64,000 bases of DNA from a virus, in IMG/VR virus record IMGVR_UViG_3300026097_000980, positions 32,001-96,000 of that record. One strand, written 5' to 3'. Position numbers and translations under genes: made by a program. The notes under the pieces are model-generated. The model saw only the letters and a list, made by a program, of their open reading frames with translations. It made no database searches and had not been told where the DNA came from. Positions 55,613 through 64,000 of this stretch are shown in pieces; the first letter of the stretch is position 1, and every line of letters starts with the position of its first letter.

Positions 55613-55635
55613 CCTCTTTTTACAAATTTATTTAT

Positions 55636-55908
55636 CTATTCTTCGTCCCATGCGTCCATATATCGAACAAACATGTTTTTACCAATTTCATACAGTCCTA
55701 CACCTGTAGCATAATCGCATCCGCTAACATGCAACACCGCCGATCCGTTGGCATCTAAACTACAGGCAACAAATTCAGTCATTTCTCGATTTTCAACTCG
55801 TCGTCTCATTTCATCAAGAGCTTCCAACAAGTCAGCTTGTCGTTCCTCCCAGAATTGTTCTTCTTGATCCTGTTTTTTATCTTTATCGTTAATGCTTACA
55901 ACTTTCAT
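55636..55908 (-). CDS. Hypothetical protein
   Basis: AGGA SD, 90 aa. Confidence 0.7.
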   Translation of the reverse strand: MKVVSINDKDKKQDQEEQFWEERQADLLEALDEMRRRVENREMTEFVACSLDANGSAVLHVSGCDYATGVGLYEIGKNMFVRYMDAWDEE

Positions 55909-55911
55909 ATT

Positions 55912-56118
55912 TTATCCTAATATTTTTCCTAATAAACCCGCGGCGGTCATAAAACCGTTCGTTGCAATCAACGGCTTGTCTTTCATTACAACAGCCGCTA
56001 CTAACCAAAACACACCACCGGTGATCTGTATATACCAACCGTATTCGATTCCAGCTGAAAACAATCCAAATCCTAAAATTAACAAGCTGGTTGCAAACCA
56101 TTTGTAGGTTTCGAGCAT
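55912..56118 (-). CDS. Small multi-TM membrane protein
   Basis: KWFAT...W...KDKPLIATN, three hydrophobic segments. Confidence 0.65.
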   Translation of the reverse strand: MLETYKWFATSLLILGFGLFSAGIEYGWYIQITGGVFWLVAAVVMKDKPLIATNGFMTAAGLLGKILG

Positions 56119-56119
56119 A

Positions 56120-56305
56120 TTAATTTTTACCTTTATCATTTTTTCCAGTAAAATTAAAAGGATCTACATGATCCATAATCATGTTGTTTAATGCTTTGAC
56201 ATAGGCATTGTATGTGACTTGCATAAACTCAGTTTGTTTATCCCCCGGAACAAACATTTCTTTTGCTTCTTCCGGAGTCATATCTATTTCGATTTTAATT
56301 TTCAT
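56120..56305 (-). CDS. Small protein (DUF6489-like N-terminus)
   Basis: MKIKIEIDMTPEEA. Confidence 0.6.
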   Translation of the reverse strand: MKIKIEIDMTPEEAKEMFVPGDKQTEFMQVTYNAYVKALNNMIMDHVDPFNFTGKNDKGKN

Positions 56306-56501
56306 TATTAAACCCTAGTTTGGTGTATTCTTCATCTGTGAAACACGCTTCGCAGGTAATATAACCTTCGTTCCAAGCTCTCATAATAGTTAGAGCAAGA
56401 TCTCCTGGTGTATTAGGATTAATGACGAGAGCGCAACGTTCAACCGAATCGTTTCCTTCTTTGACCTTGTAAAACGGACTGTCTTCTGTGATAGTTTTCA
56501 T
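56295..56501 (-). CDS. Hypothetical protein
   Basis: Operonic overlaps. Confidence 0.55.
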   Translation of the reverse strand: MKTITEDSPFYKVKEGNDSVERCALVINPNTPGDLALTIMRAWNEGYITCEACFTDEEYTKLGFNNEN

Positions 56502-56761
56502 CTCTTTAACGCCTCTTCTACTTTACGTGTTTCTTCTTCGACTTCCCATTTTGCTCGACTCCAAGCAATCTGTACACCTGTTACCCCCATAAATGTACCG
56601 AGAACAGTTATAAGTCCTGCGGCTCCTGCCGTATCTTTATCTAACCCGATACCGTGATGCCAAAACATAATACACAGGACGGTTACAGTTATAGAACCAA
56701 AAGCTATTAAGACACCTCCGGCTATTTTTTTAAAAAATCTTCGTTGAATTCGAGTAAACAT
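56498..56761 (-). CDS. Two-TM membrane protein
   Basis: TTGACA-N17-TATACT promoter upstream. Confidence 0.65.
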   Translation of the reverse strand: MFTRIQRRFFKKIAGGVLIAFGSITVTVLCIMFWHHGIGLDKDTAGAAGLITVLGTFMGVTGVQIAWSRAKWEVEEETRKVEEALKR

Positions 56762-56831
56762 AAGCTGACCTTATCTTAAATGAATTTATTGTTTAAGTAT
56801 ATGGTCTTTTGTTTAAGATGTCAATACCGAA

Positions 56832-57671
56832 TTAGACTTCGATAATTAACTCTGGATCATATCCTGTTTCTTCTGCAAATGTTTGAGTAATATAACCTCG
56901 AGGATTACACACAATTCTAGTGTCTCCTAACATATAATCAAACGCAAAATGAGTGTGGCCGTGTGTCCATAACTTGATATTGGGATTATCTAAAATGATA
57001 TCGCTAAGGTCGCTGTGATACCCGCCATTGGTTAGCATATCATCTTTATATGTATCGTGAACACTTAAAAAACAAGGAGAATGGTGTGTACACACAACAA
57101 CTGGTCCTTCCACACTCCCTACGGTAGTTTTAATAAAACGTACACTATCCATATGGCGGAGCAAGGTATCTCTAGGTTTAATTCTACGATACCCTTCTTT
57201 GTCGTTGCGAATATTTTTATAATCGTTCAAATAATTTTCAATTGTGTACATAGTGTGCGGATCTTGTTTGTTAAAGTCAGTCCAAAGAGTTGCACCTACA
57301 AACGTTACACCGTCGATCTCTACGCTATCATCCTCCAAGAAATGAATATTATCATATTCTGCTACTTCTTCTCGAATGTAATCCAAACCTTTAAAGAATT
57401 TGCCATGATAAAATTCATGGTTACCCGCAATCAAAATTACATGATCGAATGCTAGACTGGCAGTTTTTAGTAATTCTCTTGCACGTGAAACAGCTTGTTG
57501 CCTGCGACTTAACCCGTCAATAGGCAATTCTGTATCCGTCGCGGCAAAATCATGCAAATCCTCAGCAACGAAGATGTCACCGCCAAGAATCAAAGTGTCA
57601 GCACCCATTTCGTTATGCAGATTATAGTCAGCAAATTCTAAGTGTAAATCTGAAATTGTTGTGATTTTCAT
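56832..57671 (-). CDS. Metallophosphoesterase
   Basis: SDLHLE, GGDI, GNHEFY, THHSP, HGHTH, NPRGY. Confidence 0.93.
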   Translation of the reverse strand: MKITTISDLHLEFADYNLHNEMGADTLILGGDIFVAEDLHDFAATDTELPIDGLSRRQQAVSRARELLKTASLAFDHVILIAGNHEFYHGKFFKGLDYIREEVAEYDNIHFLEDDSVEIDGVTFVGATLWTDFNKQDPHTMYTIENYLNDYKNIRNDKEGYRRIKPRDTLLRHMDSVRFIKTTVGSVEGPVVVCTHHSPCFLSVHDTYKDDMLTNGGYHSDLSDIILDNPNIKLWTHGHTHFAFDYMLGDTRIVCNPRGYITQTFAEETGYDPELIIEV

Positions 57672-57722
57672 ACTGTAATTATACTATCTCATTATCAAAA
57701 GTCAAGAATATCATCGATGATA

Positions 57723-57929
57723 TTATTTAAAGCGGGTTGTTAACAAGTGACGAAGTATCACAACGGCTGATAGCACCGCAACCCAGGTTAGGTATATTGT
57801 CAGTCCGCTTCCGCCTGTAATTTCCATAAGTTCTCGTTTATCAAAGAACGATCCTAGAATGCCCAAGCTGATTAACATCAATGCAAATGCTCCCAGCCAA
57901 CATAACGATAAATTCAATAACAGTTTCAA
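57723..57929 (-). CDS. Two-TM membrane protein
   Basis: Hydrophobic 68-aa ORF. Confidence 0.55.
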   Translation of the reverse strand: MKLLLNLSLCWLGAFALMLISLGILGSFFDKRELMEITGGSGLTIYLTWVAVLSAVVILRHLLTTRFK

Positions 57930-58492
57930 TCTAGGATACCTTCAATTACCAAACTGGGCTTTTCATCATACTGTTCTCTAAAGTATGGAGGTATTTTAAT
58001 ATCACTTGAGAAATACCAATGACTACCATTGGCGGGATCGCCTACGCTCTTGTTGCTTATTCTACAGATGCAAGGCAGATGAGTCCACCCCATGAGAGGC
58101 ATCATGTAAACTCTGTGATTGCCTGAATCTAAACGGATGGTGCGTTCAATGATGTTTACCCAAATAAGTATAGGATCCTTTACTCCATTAGCGTCTACGT
58201 CCCTGCCCAATTCTACTAGATCTAGAGCATCAGCATATGTGGGTGGCATTGCGGCCCACTGTAGTAATTTTCGTATTGATATTTGTTCTATGATGTCTGG
58301 CATATCTAATCCCAATATTTGTTGTAGTCTATGGTCTTCCAATACCGTTCGTTGTTGCGGTTCCAAAAATTCTTGATCAAATACCAAGCCATACCAAAGT
58401 ATCCCATCTTTTGAAAGCGTCTGCTTTACATCCACGGGTTCCGAGATGAAGATCTGAAATAAAAATGCTCTTGTAATGTGCCATGACAACAT
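57926..58492 (-). CDS. ParB/sulfiredoxin-like domain protein
   Basis: GVKDPILI...LDSGNHRV...HLPC. Confidence 0.65.
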   Translation of the reverse strand: MLSWHITRAFLFQIFISEPVDVKQTLSKDGILWYGLVFDQEFLEPQQRTVLEDHRLQQILGLDMPDIIEQISIRKLLQWAAMPPTYADALDLVELGRDVDANGVKDPILIWVNIIERTIRLDSGNHRVYMMPLMGWTHLPCICRISNKSVGDPANGSHWYFSSDIKIPPYFREQYDEKPSLVIEGILD

Positions 58493-58549
58493 ATTTACCG
58501 CTCTGACTAGATTAAAAGATTAAATCAATATTACAGTTTTTAGGAAAAA

Positions 58550-58975
58550 TTATAGGATGGCAAGTATAAAGGCACCAGTTGCGGCTATACAAATCGCAAC
58601 AGCAACAGCCACTATACTCATATCAACTAGGAATTTTTTACGCTGGGCTCTAGCAAGTCTTTTTTTGCGTTCAGCTTCTTCACGAGATTTTTTCATGTCT
58701 GCTTGGAACTGTAGCCAGTCTTGCCACATACCACCGCGACCTTGCCAAATCATTAAATCCTTGAGTTCGTCTTCTTGAGCTTTGAGTTTTTCAGCGGCCA
58801 TGAACGCTTGAAGATCACTTTTGTATCCGTGTTCGTGTGCTCGTTTTTGGATTTCAGTTTTTAGACCAAAGTATTCAGCAACAGCTTCACCTGCTTCGTA
58901 GATTTCTTTGCCGTTCTGAATACTCTGTTTGATGACGTCAAACGCCGCGTTTGCCGCCGCAAGTTCTGCCAACAT
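58550..58975 (-). CDS. Coiled-coil protein with C-terminal TM
   Basis: AGGAGG SD, TAAATA upstream. Confidence 0.8.
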   Translation of the reverse strand: MLAELAAANAAFDVIKQSIQNGKEIYEAGEAVAEYFGLKTEIQKRAHEHGYKSDLQAFMAAEKLKAQEDELKDLMIWQGRGGMWQDWLQFQADMKKSREEAERKKRLARAQRKKFLVDMSIVAVAVAICIAATGAFILAIL

Positions 58976-59009
58976 AGGTCGCTCCTCCTAGTTGCTATAT
59001 AGTATTTAC

Positions 59010-59630
59010 CTACATATCGTTAAGCGGATTGTCCAGAGCTTCCTGCACCATTTCAGTTAGATCAGTTTCTAATTGGCGCATATCTGCATCAATACGATCT
59101 TCAGTTTCACGCATTGTGGCACGAACATCCTTTTCGCTTTCACGGATAATGGCTTCTACTTCACGGATGCTTGCTGTCACATCTTTTTGCACCTGATTCA
59201 TTTCGTCGCGAACTGTTTCAAGATGTGTTTCAATACCATCCTGTGCATCCTTAACCCTGTCTTCACTCTTCTCAACCTTGTCTTCAAGACGTTCTACCAG
59301 AGCCTCCATCTGCATTACGTCTTCACGAAGTCCGTTTTTGATGTCGCGAGTGTAATCAATGGCATCTGCAAGTTTGGTTTCAATAGCAACATTACGAGCT
59401 TCTACTGCTTCTATGTCCATAGTCTCTAACTTCTCTGCCATTTCCTGAAATGCCTTGTATGATTCAAACGCACCATACAGTGTGCCTAGTAAAGCACCTA
59501 CCAGTGTAAGAGCACCCATTATGCTGGTAGGTGTCACCGTAATGCCAAAGATTTTCATCTTGGTATTTTTAAGATTTTCCATTTCGTTTTCTATATTTTC
59601 GGTGATTTCACCCAAGTCTTTGTCACTCAT
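59010..59630 (-). CDS. TM-anchored long coiled-coil protein
   Basis: TM near aa 35-55, then heptad-rich region ending ALDNPL. Confidence 0.8.
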   Translation of the reverse strand: MSDKDLGEITENIENEMENLKNTKMKIFGITVTPTSIMGALTLVGALLGTLYGAFESYKAFQEMAEKLETMDIEAVEARNVAIETKLADAIDYTRDIKNGLREDVMQMEALVERLEDKVEKSEDRVKDAQDGIETHLETVRDEMNQVQKDVTASIREVEAIIRESEKDVRATMRETEDRIDADMRQLETDLTEMVQEALDNPLNDM

Positions 59631-60315
59631 TGTTCGCTCCTAGTGTTGTATAAAGTTGTTTGAGTTCTGTGTAATTTTTTACAGTTGTATTTTTCCTAGC
59701 ATTAGCTACAGTGCTAGGTTTTTTGTTAGAATGTAGGTCAAAATCAAACACTGTTTTAAGATCCTGTTTCGGATTAAATGATAGCCGATCATAATCAACT
59801 ATCCTATCAAATTCGCAAAAATTTTCCACGTAGTTTTTTTGTCTTTTAAGGGTATAATACGCTTCTGCGAATAGTTCGGTACTTACAGTGATCTTTTTAA
59901 CCATACCAAACTCAAATCTTTTTCTGTGCCATTTTCCTGTTTCAGACGCTACAGAATAACTTAACACAATATCAAATAAATTTTGTCTGTCAATGTATAC
60001 TGTATAGAAATTTGCATCTACATAATTTCTGTATTCTCTATCTAAATCTTTGAACTTTTCAAAGTGATTCTCTTTTTGGCTGATATACCAAAAAAGATTC
60101 CCGATATCTTTTATTAGAGCCGAGTTACTGTTTTTTATATTTTTTAATTTGTTAACAAATTTTTTATAGTCTGTATCATATTCTAAGTCAGGGTTTTTGC
60201 CAGTGTGAAACGGCTCACAATAATCAACATTATAATGTTGCATAAACTGTGCAATCTCTAACATATATGTGCTTCCTGATCTAGGAAGACTAATTATTGC
60301 AATTTTATCTATCAT
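59623..60315 (-). CDS. Sulfotransferase-like protein
   Basis: PRSGST PAPS-binding motif, EPF, R...S. Confidence 0.7.
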   Translation of the reverse strand: MIDKIAIISLPRSGSTYMLEIAQFMQHYNVDYCEPFHTGKNPDLEYDTDYKKFVNKLKNIKNSNSALIKDIGNLFWYISQKENHFEKFKDLDREYRNYVDANFYTVYIDRQNLFDIVLSYSVASETGKWHRKRFEFGMVKKITVSTELFAEAYYTLKRQKNYVENFCEFDRIVDYDRLSFNPKQDLKTVFDFDLHSNKKPSTVANARKNTTVKNYTELKQLYTTLGANNE

Positions 60316-60550
60316 TACCTATCCGTGTCTCTGACACTACGTTATCATTCTGTTTGATTTTTATTATTATGGTTTGTTCTAATTCTACTTGTTCTTCGCA
60401 CACTTCTATTTTACATTTCAAATGTTCGTCGTATTGTCTATGTGTAAACTCGCCGATTTCTGCTCCAAAATATGCTAAAAATCCAAACGCTATCGCTTCC
60501 ATGTTCTTTTTGCCATCTCTCTGTCTAATGCTTTTTGAAAGTTTGAACAT
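60305..60550 (-). CDS. Hypothetical protein
   Basis: ORF; start uncertain. Confidence 0.45.
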   Translation of the reverse strand: MFKLSKSIRQRDGKKNMEAIAFGFLAYFGAEIGEFTHRQYDEHLKCKIEVCEEQVELEQTIIIKIKQNDNVVSETRIGNDR

Positions 60551-60631
60551 CTAGGGTTCATTCTTTTAATCTTTAGCTCATTATCCTGCCATTCACTGGT
60601 CCAACATATCACAGGTGAATAACGAGTTCGT

Positions 60632-62623
60632 TCACTGTTCATATTGACTTCTCACCATTGATTTATGTTTTGCATCGCTGGCTCCATTAAAGAAGCGAGC
60701 CGCAGGATTGTCATAGTTCTTCTTGTCCGTGTATATATCCTTTGGCGGGTATAAATCGCCGTCTGCCATTTGCGGTTGTTGATATGCTCTAAAGTCGGGA
60801 TTATATCCTAACAGTGCTACCAGTGCTGATTCATCTGTGCTACCTGCCATTGCAGCCTGTGCCAGTCTATCTTCTTCTGCATTGGCTTGTGCGATACTGG
60901 TTTCATTGGCTTCTTCCATTGTATCTTCTTGTTCGTCCTTGATGTCTTGTAGTGTGCGTTCTGCAACGCCGTTCACAATGTCGCGTATCAGATTCAAATC
61001 CAAACTGGCCAGTTCAATGTCTGCCATGTCAGCACCTTGACTTAACTGCTCTGATGCGCTCAGTGCAGATTCGCCTGTGATGTCTTCAGTTTGCACTGAC
61101 CCGCCCTGTGCAAGATCCATGCTGTTGTCACTGCCCGCATTGCCTGCACTACTACCAGAGCCGTCCATACTGTTCATACTGCCCATGCCACTGCCTTGTG
61201 AACTGCTACTTCCAAAGCCTCCTCCACTGCTACTCATACTGGAGTTCATAGCACTAAGACTGCTTGTAAGGCTCTGTGTGCTACTCTCTGCGGCTGTGCT
61301 TTGTGCGGCACTGGCTACATCGTCAGCGGCACTGAGAGCGTTCAGTTCGTTTGCGTTTAAGGATCTTCCCGATCCTGATGAGGTTGTTTCCGTGCTCGGA
61401 GCAATATCCCCTGTTGACACTTCAATACCTCCAGCGACTGCTTGTGTTTCTTGCACAGGCGTTCCTGTTGCTGGGTCAGTTGTCTCCATTCCCACCATTC
61501 CTTGAGATTGTGTATCCATTGAAACATTTCCTGTTCCTCCTGTTATATCTGGAGTGCCTGTAAAATCTTGTGTGCCTGAATATAAATCTTGTTGCGGTGC
61601 TATTTGTGCCATCATAGCATCATTGTAGCCTGGACATTCTGGGGAGAATGTAGGATCTGCTGAACACTGTGCTGACAGCAATACCGTATCCTCTAGGCTT
61701 TCCTCTTCTAGGGGATTGCCTGCGTATCTGTAGTTCAGTTTGATTGAGGGATTCGCAAACTCTGGACCGTAGTATCCTGCCCAGTATCCCAAATCTTTAC
61801 CAGTCACATTCAGTTGAATAGATTCCAGTGTGTTCACATCAAACGGGTCTTTGAATGTTTCCTCACCTGAGATGTTTGTCCACTCACTGTAATATTGACT
61901 GTAGTCATAGGTCTTTGAAAACACAGCCGTGCCCTGTGTGTCACGAATAACTACCTCCACATAGAAAGTGTCTGGAGTGCTTCTTGCATTATTAGTATAG
62001 TTGGCATCCCAGTTCTTGACACTCCACGAATAGTTGTAGCCAGTGGCTTCTATTCCTGCTTGCTCTAGTGCAATGTTTATTGCGGCGAGGTTCGTGAGTG
62101 TGCGTTCTACATATCCAAAGTTAATCTGTCCATCCGCCGCACCAACGTATTGATCATTAATAGTAGGACATGATCCGCCTGAAGTTCCACCCCATCCTCT
62201 GTTAAGTTCGTAGCATCCATTCCAATATTGGCTAGTGTCACCTATCAAGTCGCCGGTTTGCCCCACAATGTATTCCTGTGTTGCCCAGTCTATCTCGTCA
62301 ATCTGTATATATGAGTAGGTAGAATCCATTGACCTATTGACGCAGACATCTGAACGACCCACATACACTTTGTTTACATCGTCTCTCAAACAAAGATATT
62401 CGTTGCCTAACACGCCGTCCGATCCTGTGGTTGAGTTTTCTGAATAGAAATATTCGTCAACACTGCCGCCTTGATCTATCCACCAATCTTTTATTTCATT
62501 GTGGTCGGGTGCTTGGAATGTGTGGGTGTCGTGAGGACCCGCTTTAGAAAGCGGCGCCACCAGTAGCATACATAAGCAGAGCACTGCCCAATATGCCCCA
62601 GCCAATGCCTTTGAGTGTGTCAT
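60632..62623 (-). CDS. Large secreted protein with Ser/Gly-rich linker
   Basis: Signal peptide, GYWAGYYGP, CSADPTFSPECPGY, low-complexity middle. Confidence 0.8.
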   Translation of the reverse strand: MTHSKALAGAYWAVLCLCMLLVAPLSKAGPHDTHTFQAPDHNEIKDWWIDQGGSVDEYFYSENSTTGSDGVLGNEYLCLRDDVNKVYVGRSDVCVNRSMDSTYSYIQIDEIDWATQEYIVGQTGDLIGDTSQYWNGCYELNRGWGGTSGGSCPTINDQYVGAADGQINFGYVERTLTNLAAINIALEQAGIEATGYNYSWSVKNWDANYTNNARSTPDTFYVEVVIRDTQGTAVFSKTYDYSQYYSEWTNISGEETFKDPFDVNTLESIQLNVTGKDLGYWAGYYGPEFANPSIKLNYRYAGNPLEEESLEDTVLLSAQCSADPTFSPECPGYNDAMMAQIAPQQDLYSGTQDFTGTPDITGGTGNVSMDTQSQGMVGMETTDPATGTPVQETQAVAGGIEVSTGDIAPSTETTSSGSGRSLNANELNALSAADDVASAAQSTAAESSTQSLTSSLSAMNSSMSSSGGGFGSSSSQGSGMGSMNSMDGSGSSAGNAGSDNSMDLAQGGSVQTEDITGESALSASEQLSQGADMADIELASLDLNLIRDIVNGVAERTLQDIKDEQEDTMEEANETSIAQANAEEDRLAQAAMAGSTDESALVALLGYNPDFRAYQQPQMADGDLYPPKDIYTDKKNYDNPAARFFNGASDAKHKSMVRSQYEQ

Positions 62624-63509
62624 TGCGTCTGGTTTCCTCTTCCTGTTCAGTAGGCTTTAGTTCTGGATACTTTGCCCACATTTCTTTGGCTTCATCGCCT
62701 ATCTTGCCATTGAACGGACAAGGTGTTCCAGCCATTTCCATTGCTGTAAATACCTTTGGATCCTGGCACATTAGACTCACAGCCGCAACCTTCATGCCCA
62801 TGTTGTACAGGGTCTTTGAATTCTTTAGTCGCTCACAGTTTAGATCACGAACATGTCCACCGCCCGCAATACCCAGTATTTGACTTTGCACTGCCGCTGA
62901 ATATGAAACTGTGCAGGTGTCATTGCCTCCTGCGTTCACCGTGGGGGCAATAGCACTGGGTGGTGGTGACTTGATGGTCTGTGTAATATCACTCTTGTTG
63001 TTGTTATTGTTTGTGTTGTTATTGTTGTTGGTGTTATTACTGGTTGACGTATTTGTGTTCGTGTTGTTGTTAGTGTTTGTGTTCGTGCTGGTGCTGTTCA
63101 CAGTTTGGTCAACAGTTTGATCAATGGTGCTGTCCGTGGTCTGATTGATAGTGCTGTCTGTGGTCTGATTGATTGTGCTGTTAGTAGTGTTATTAATCGT
63201 GCTGTTGTTGGTGTTGTTGGTAGTCTGATCAATAGTGCTGTTATTAGTGTTTGTGTTAGTGTTGGTGTTGTTAGTGCCGCCACTCAGAATATTGTTGTTG
63301 GTGTTTGTGTTTGTGTTGGTGGTTCCGCCACTCAGCACATTATTGTTGGTATTTGTACTGTTCACCGTTGAGTTGGTATTTGTGGTGCTTTCCGTCACCA
63401 CAAGGCTTGAACTGTCTGCTTCGCCATCTGCATCTTCAAGTGCATGTGCTTGTGGCACCGCACTGATAGACAAGGCTATAACTGCTACGAATAGCACTCT
63501 TTTAATCAT
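62544..63509 (-). CDS. Secreted Asn/Thr-repeat protein with Cys-rich domain and C-terminal TM
   Basis: Signal peptide (AHA), N/T repeats, PPPSAIAP...DLNCERLK...MGMKVAAVSLMCQD...GTPCP. Confidence 0.85.
   Translation of the reverse strand: MIKRVLFVAVIALSISAVPQAHALEDADGEADSSSLVVTESTTNTNSTVNSTNTNNNVLSGGTTNTNTNTNNNILSGGTNNTNTNTNTNNSTIDQTTNNTNNSTINNTTNSTINQTTDSTINQTTDSTIDQTVDQTVNSTSTNTNTNNNTNTNTSTSNNTNNNNNTNNNNNKSDITQTIKSPPPSAIAPTVNAGGNDTCTVSYSAAVQSQILGIAGGGHVRDLNCERLKNSKTLYNMGMKVAAVSLMCQDPKVFTAMEMAGTPCPFNGKIGDEAKEMWAKYPELKPTEQEEETRRNDTLKGIGWGILGSALLMYATGGAAF
62995..63390 (-). repeat. Intragenic Asn/Thr low-complexity tandem repeats
   Basis: 24-nt units encoding T(D/N)STI(N/D)QT, a duplicated NNNxLSGGT unit and (AAC/ACA) runs. 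Confidence 0.85.
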
Positions 63510-63641
63510 TTTTCGCTCCCGGGATAAATCGTATTCCCTCAACAGTATTTAATCACAGGTTATTGTGAATTTTAGTACTACTTTAGTACAAGTATTTATC
63601 ATAAAGGTGTAAAAATATTTACACCAGACTATAAATACATC

Positions 63642-63863
63642 ATGTCCAGAGAAGAAGATGACGAACTGAGAAGAATCGTTGAGGAACTAGAAAGTTTAAG
63701 AAAACAAGTAGGGCTTCCAGACCGTGTTGAAAAAGTAGAAAAGGATGCTATTCAGAATGCTCTTTATGAGACCGATGGCAATCAAACACTTGCGGCAAAA
63801 AAACTTGGATTAGGTAGAACCTGTTTGATTGCCAAAATGAAGAAGTATGGGATTATAAAGTAG
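63642..63863 (+). CDS. Fis-like helix-turn-helix protein
   Basis: IQNALYETDGNQTLAAKKLGLGRTCLIAKMKKYGI; TATAAATA 4 nt before ATG. Confidence 0.88.
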   Translation: MSREEDDELRRIVEELESLRKQVGLPDRVEKVEKDAIQNALYETDGNQTLAAKKLGLGRTCLIAKMKKYGIIK

Positions 63864-63999
63864 CGTTAGGCTCGTTAGGTTTCTTATCTAGAGAATCTGG
63901 CATTCCATCATTGTCAGCGTCATTATATGTATTAGGAGTGTCAGTGTCTTTCTTCTTATAGATTGTCAGCATTTCATTGTTAAGATCTGCTAACACCTT
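63853..63999 (-). CDS. 3' end of a gene with a DxDxDG Ca-binding-type motif (partial)
   Basis: Manual translation ...NDADNDGMPDSLDKKPNEPNATL*. Confidence 0.55.
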   Translation of the reverse strand, partial: KVLADLNNEMLTIYKKKDTDTPNTYNDADNDGMPDSLDKKPNEPNATL

Positions 64000-64000
64000 A

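Noticed and set aside
54652-55758. ORF-track entries over the tRNA array and leader
   Set aside because: They overlap tRNA genes or are antisense to the leader and show no protein motifs
62995-63390. CRISPR array or non-coding satellite
   Set aside because: In-frame Asn/Thr coding repeats with no repeat-spacer structure; no cas genes seen

Overview
This window reads as a segment of a large T4-like (myovirus-type) dsDNA phage genome. Support: a gp9/gp10-type baseplate N-terminus, a gp4-type head-completion nuclease, TAAATA late-promoter motifs, tightly overlapping small genes and a tRNA array. The host is probably an aquatic/marine proteobacterium (gammaproteobacterial-style sdhB, c-type cytochrome; inference). 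Content: (1) auxiliary genes phoH, uvsE, queD, thyX, a MazG-like pyrophosphatase, glyA, a lone sdhB, cytochrome c, rpoZ and a Fis-like HTH; (2) a MoxR AAA+/VWA-metallopeptidase pair; (3) a ~27 kb tailoring-enzyme island (10 radical SAM genes, many 2OG-Fe(II)/cupin genes, kinase-like, methyl- and acetyltransferase-like and SGNH genes) next to a tail-fibre gene; (4) nine intact tRNA genes plus three tRNA-like RNAs; (5) a secreted/membrane protein module. The most interesting signals are non-coding and absent from the ORF track. First, a complete ribosome-coupled attenuator (leaderless 34-aa peptide, 15-bp antiterminator, intrinsic terminator) sits in front of the tRNA array, and its codons match all seven downstream tRNAs. 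Second, a preQ1-I-like pseudoknot/anti-SD switch lies between a sigma70 promoter and queD. Third, a uORF overlaps a terminator ahead of phoH. All product calls come from motif recognition by eye; no searches or folding programs were run.
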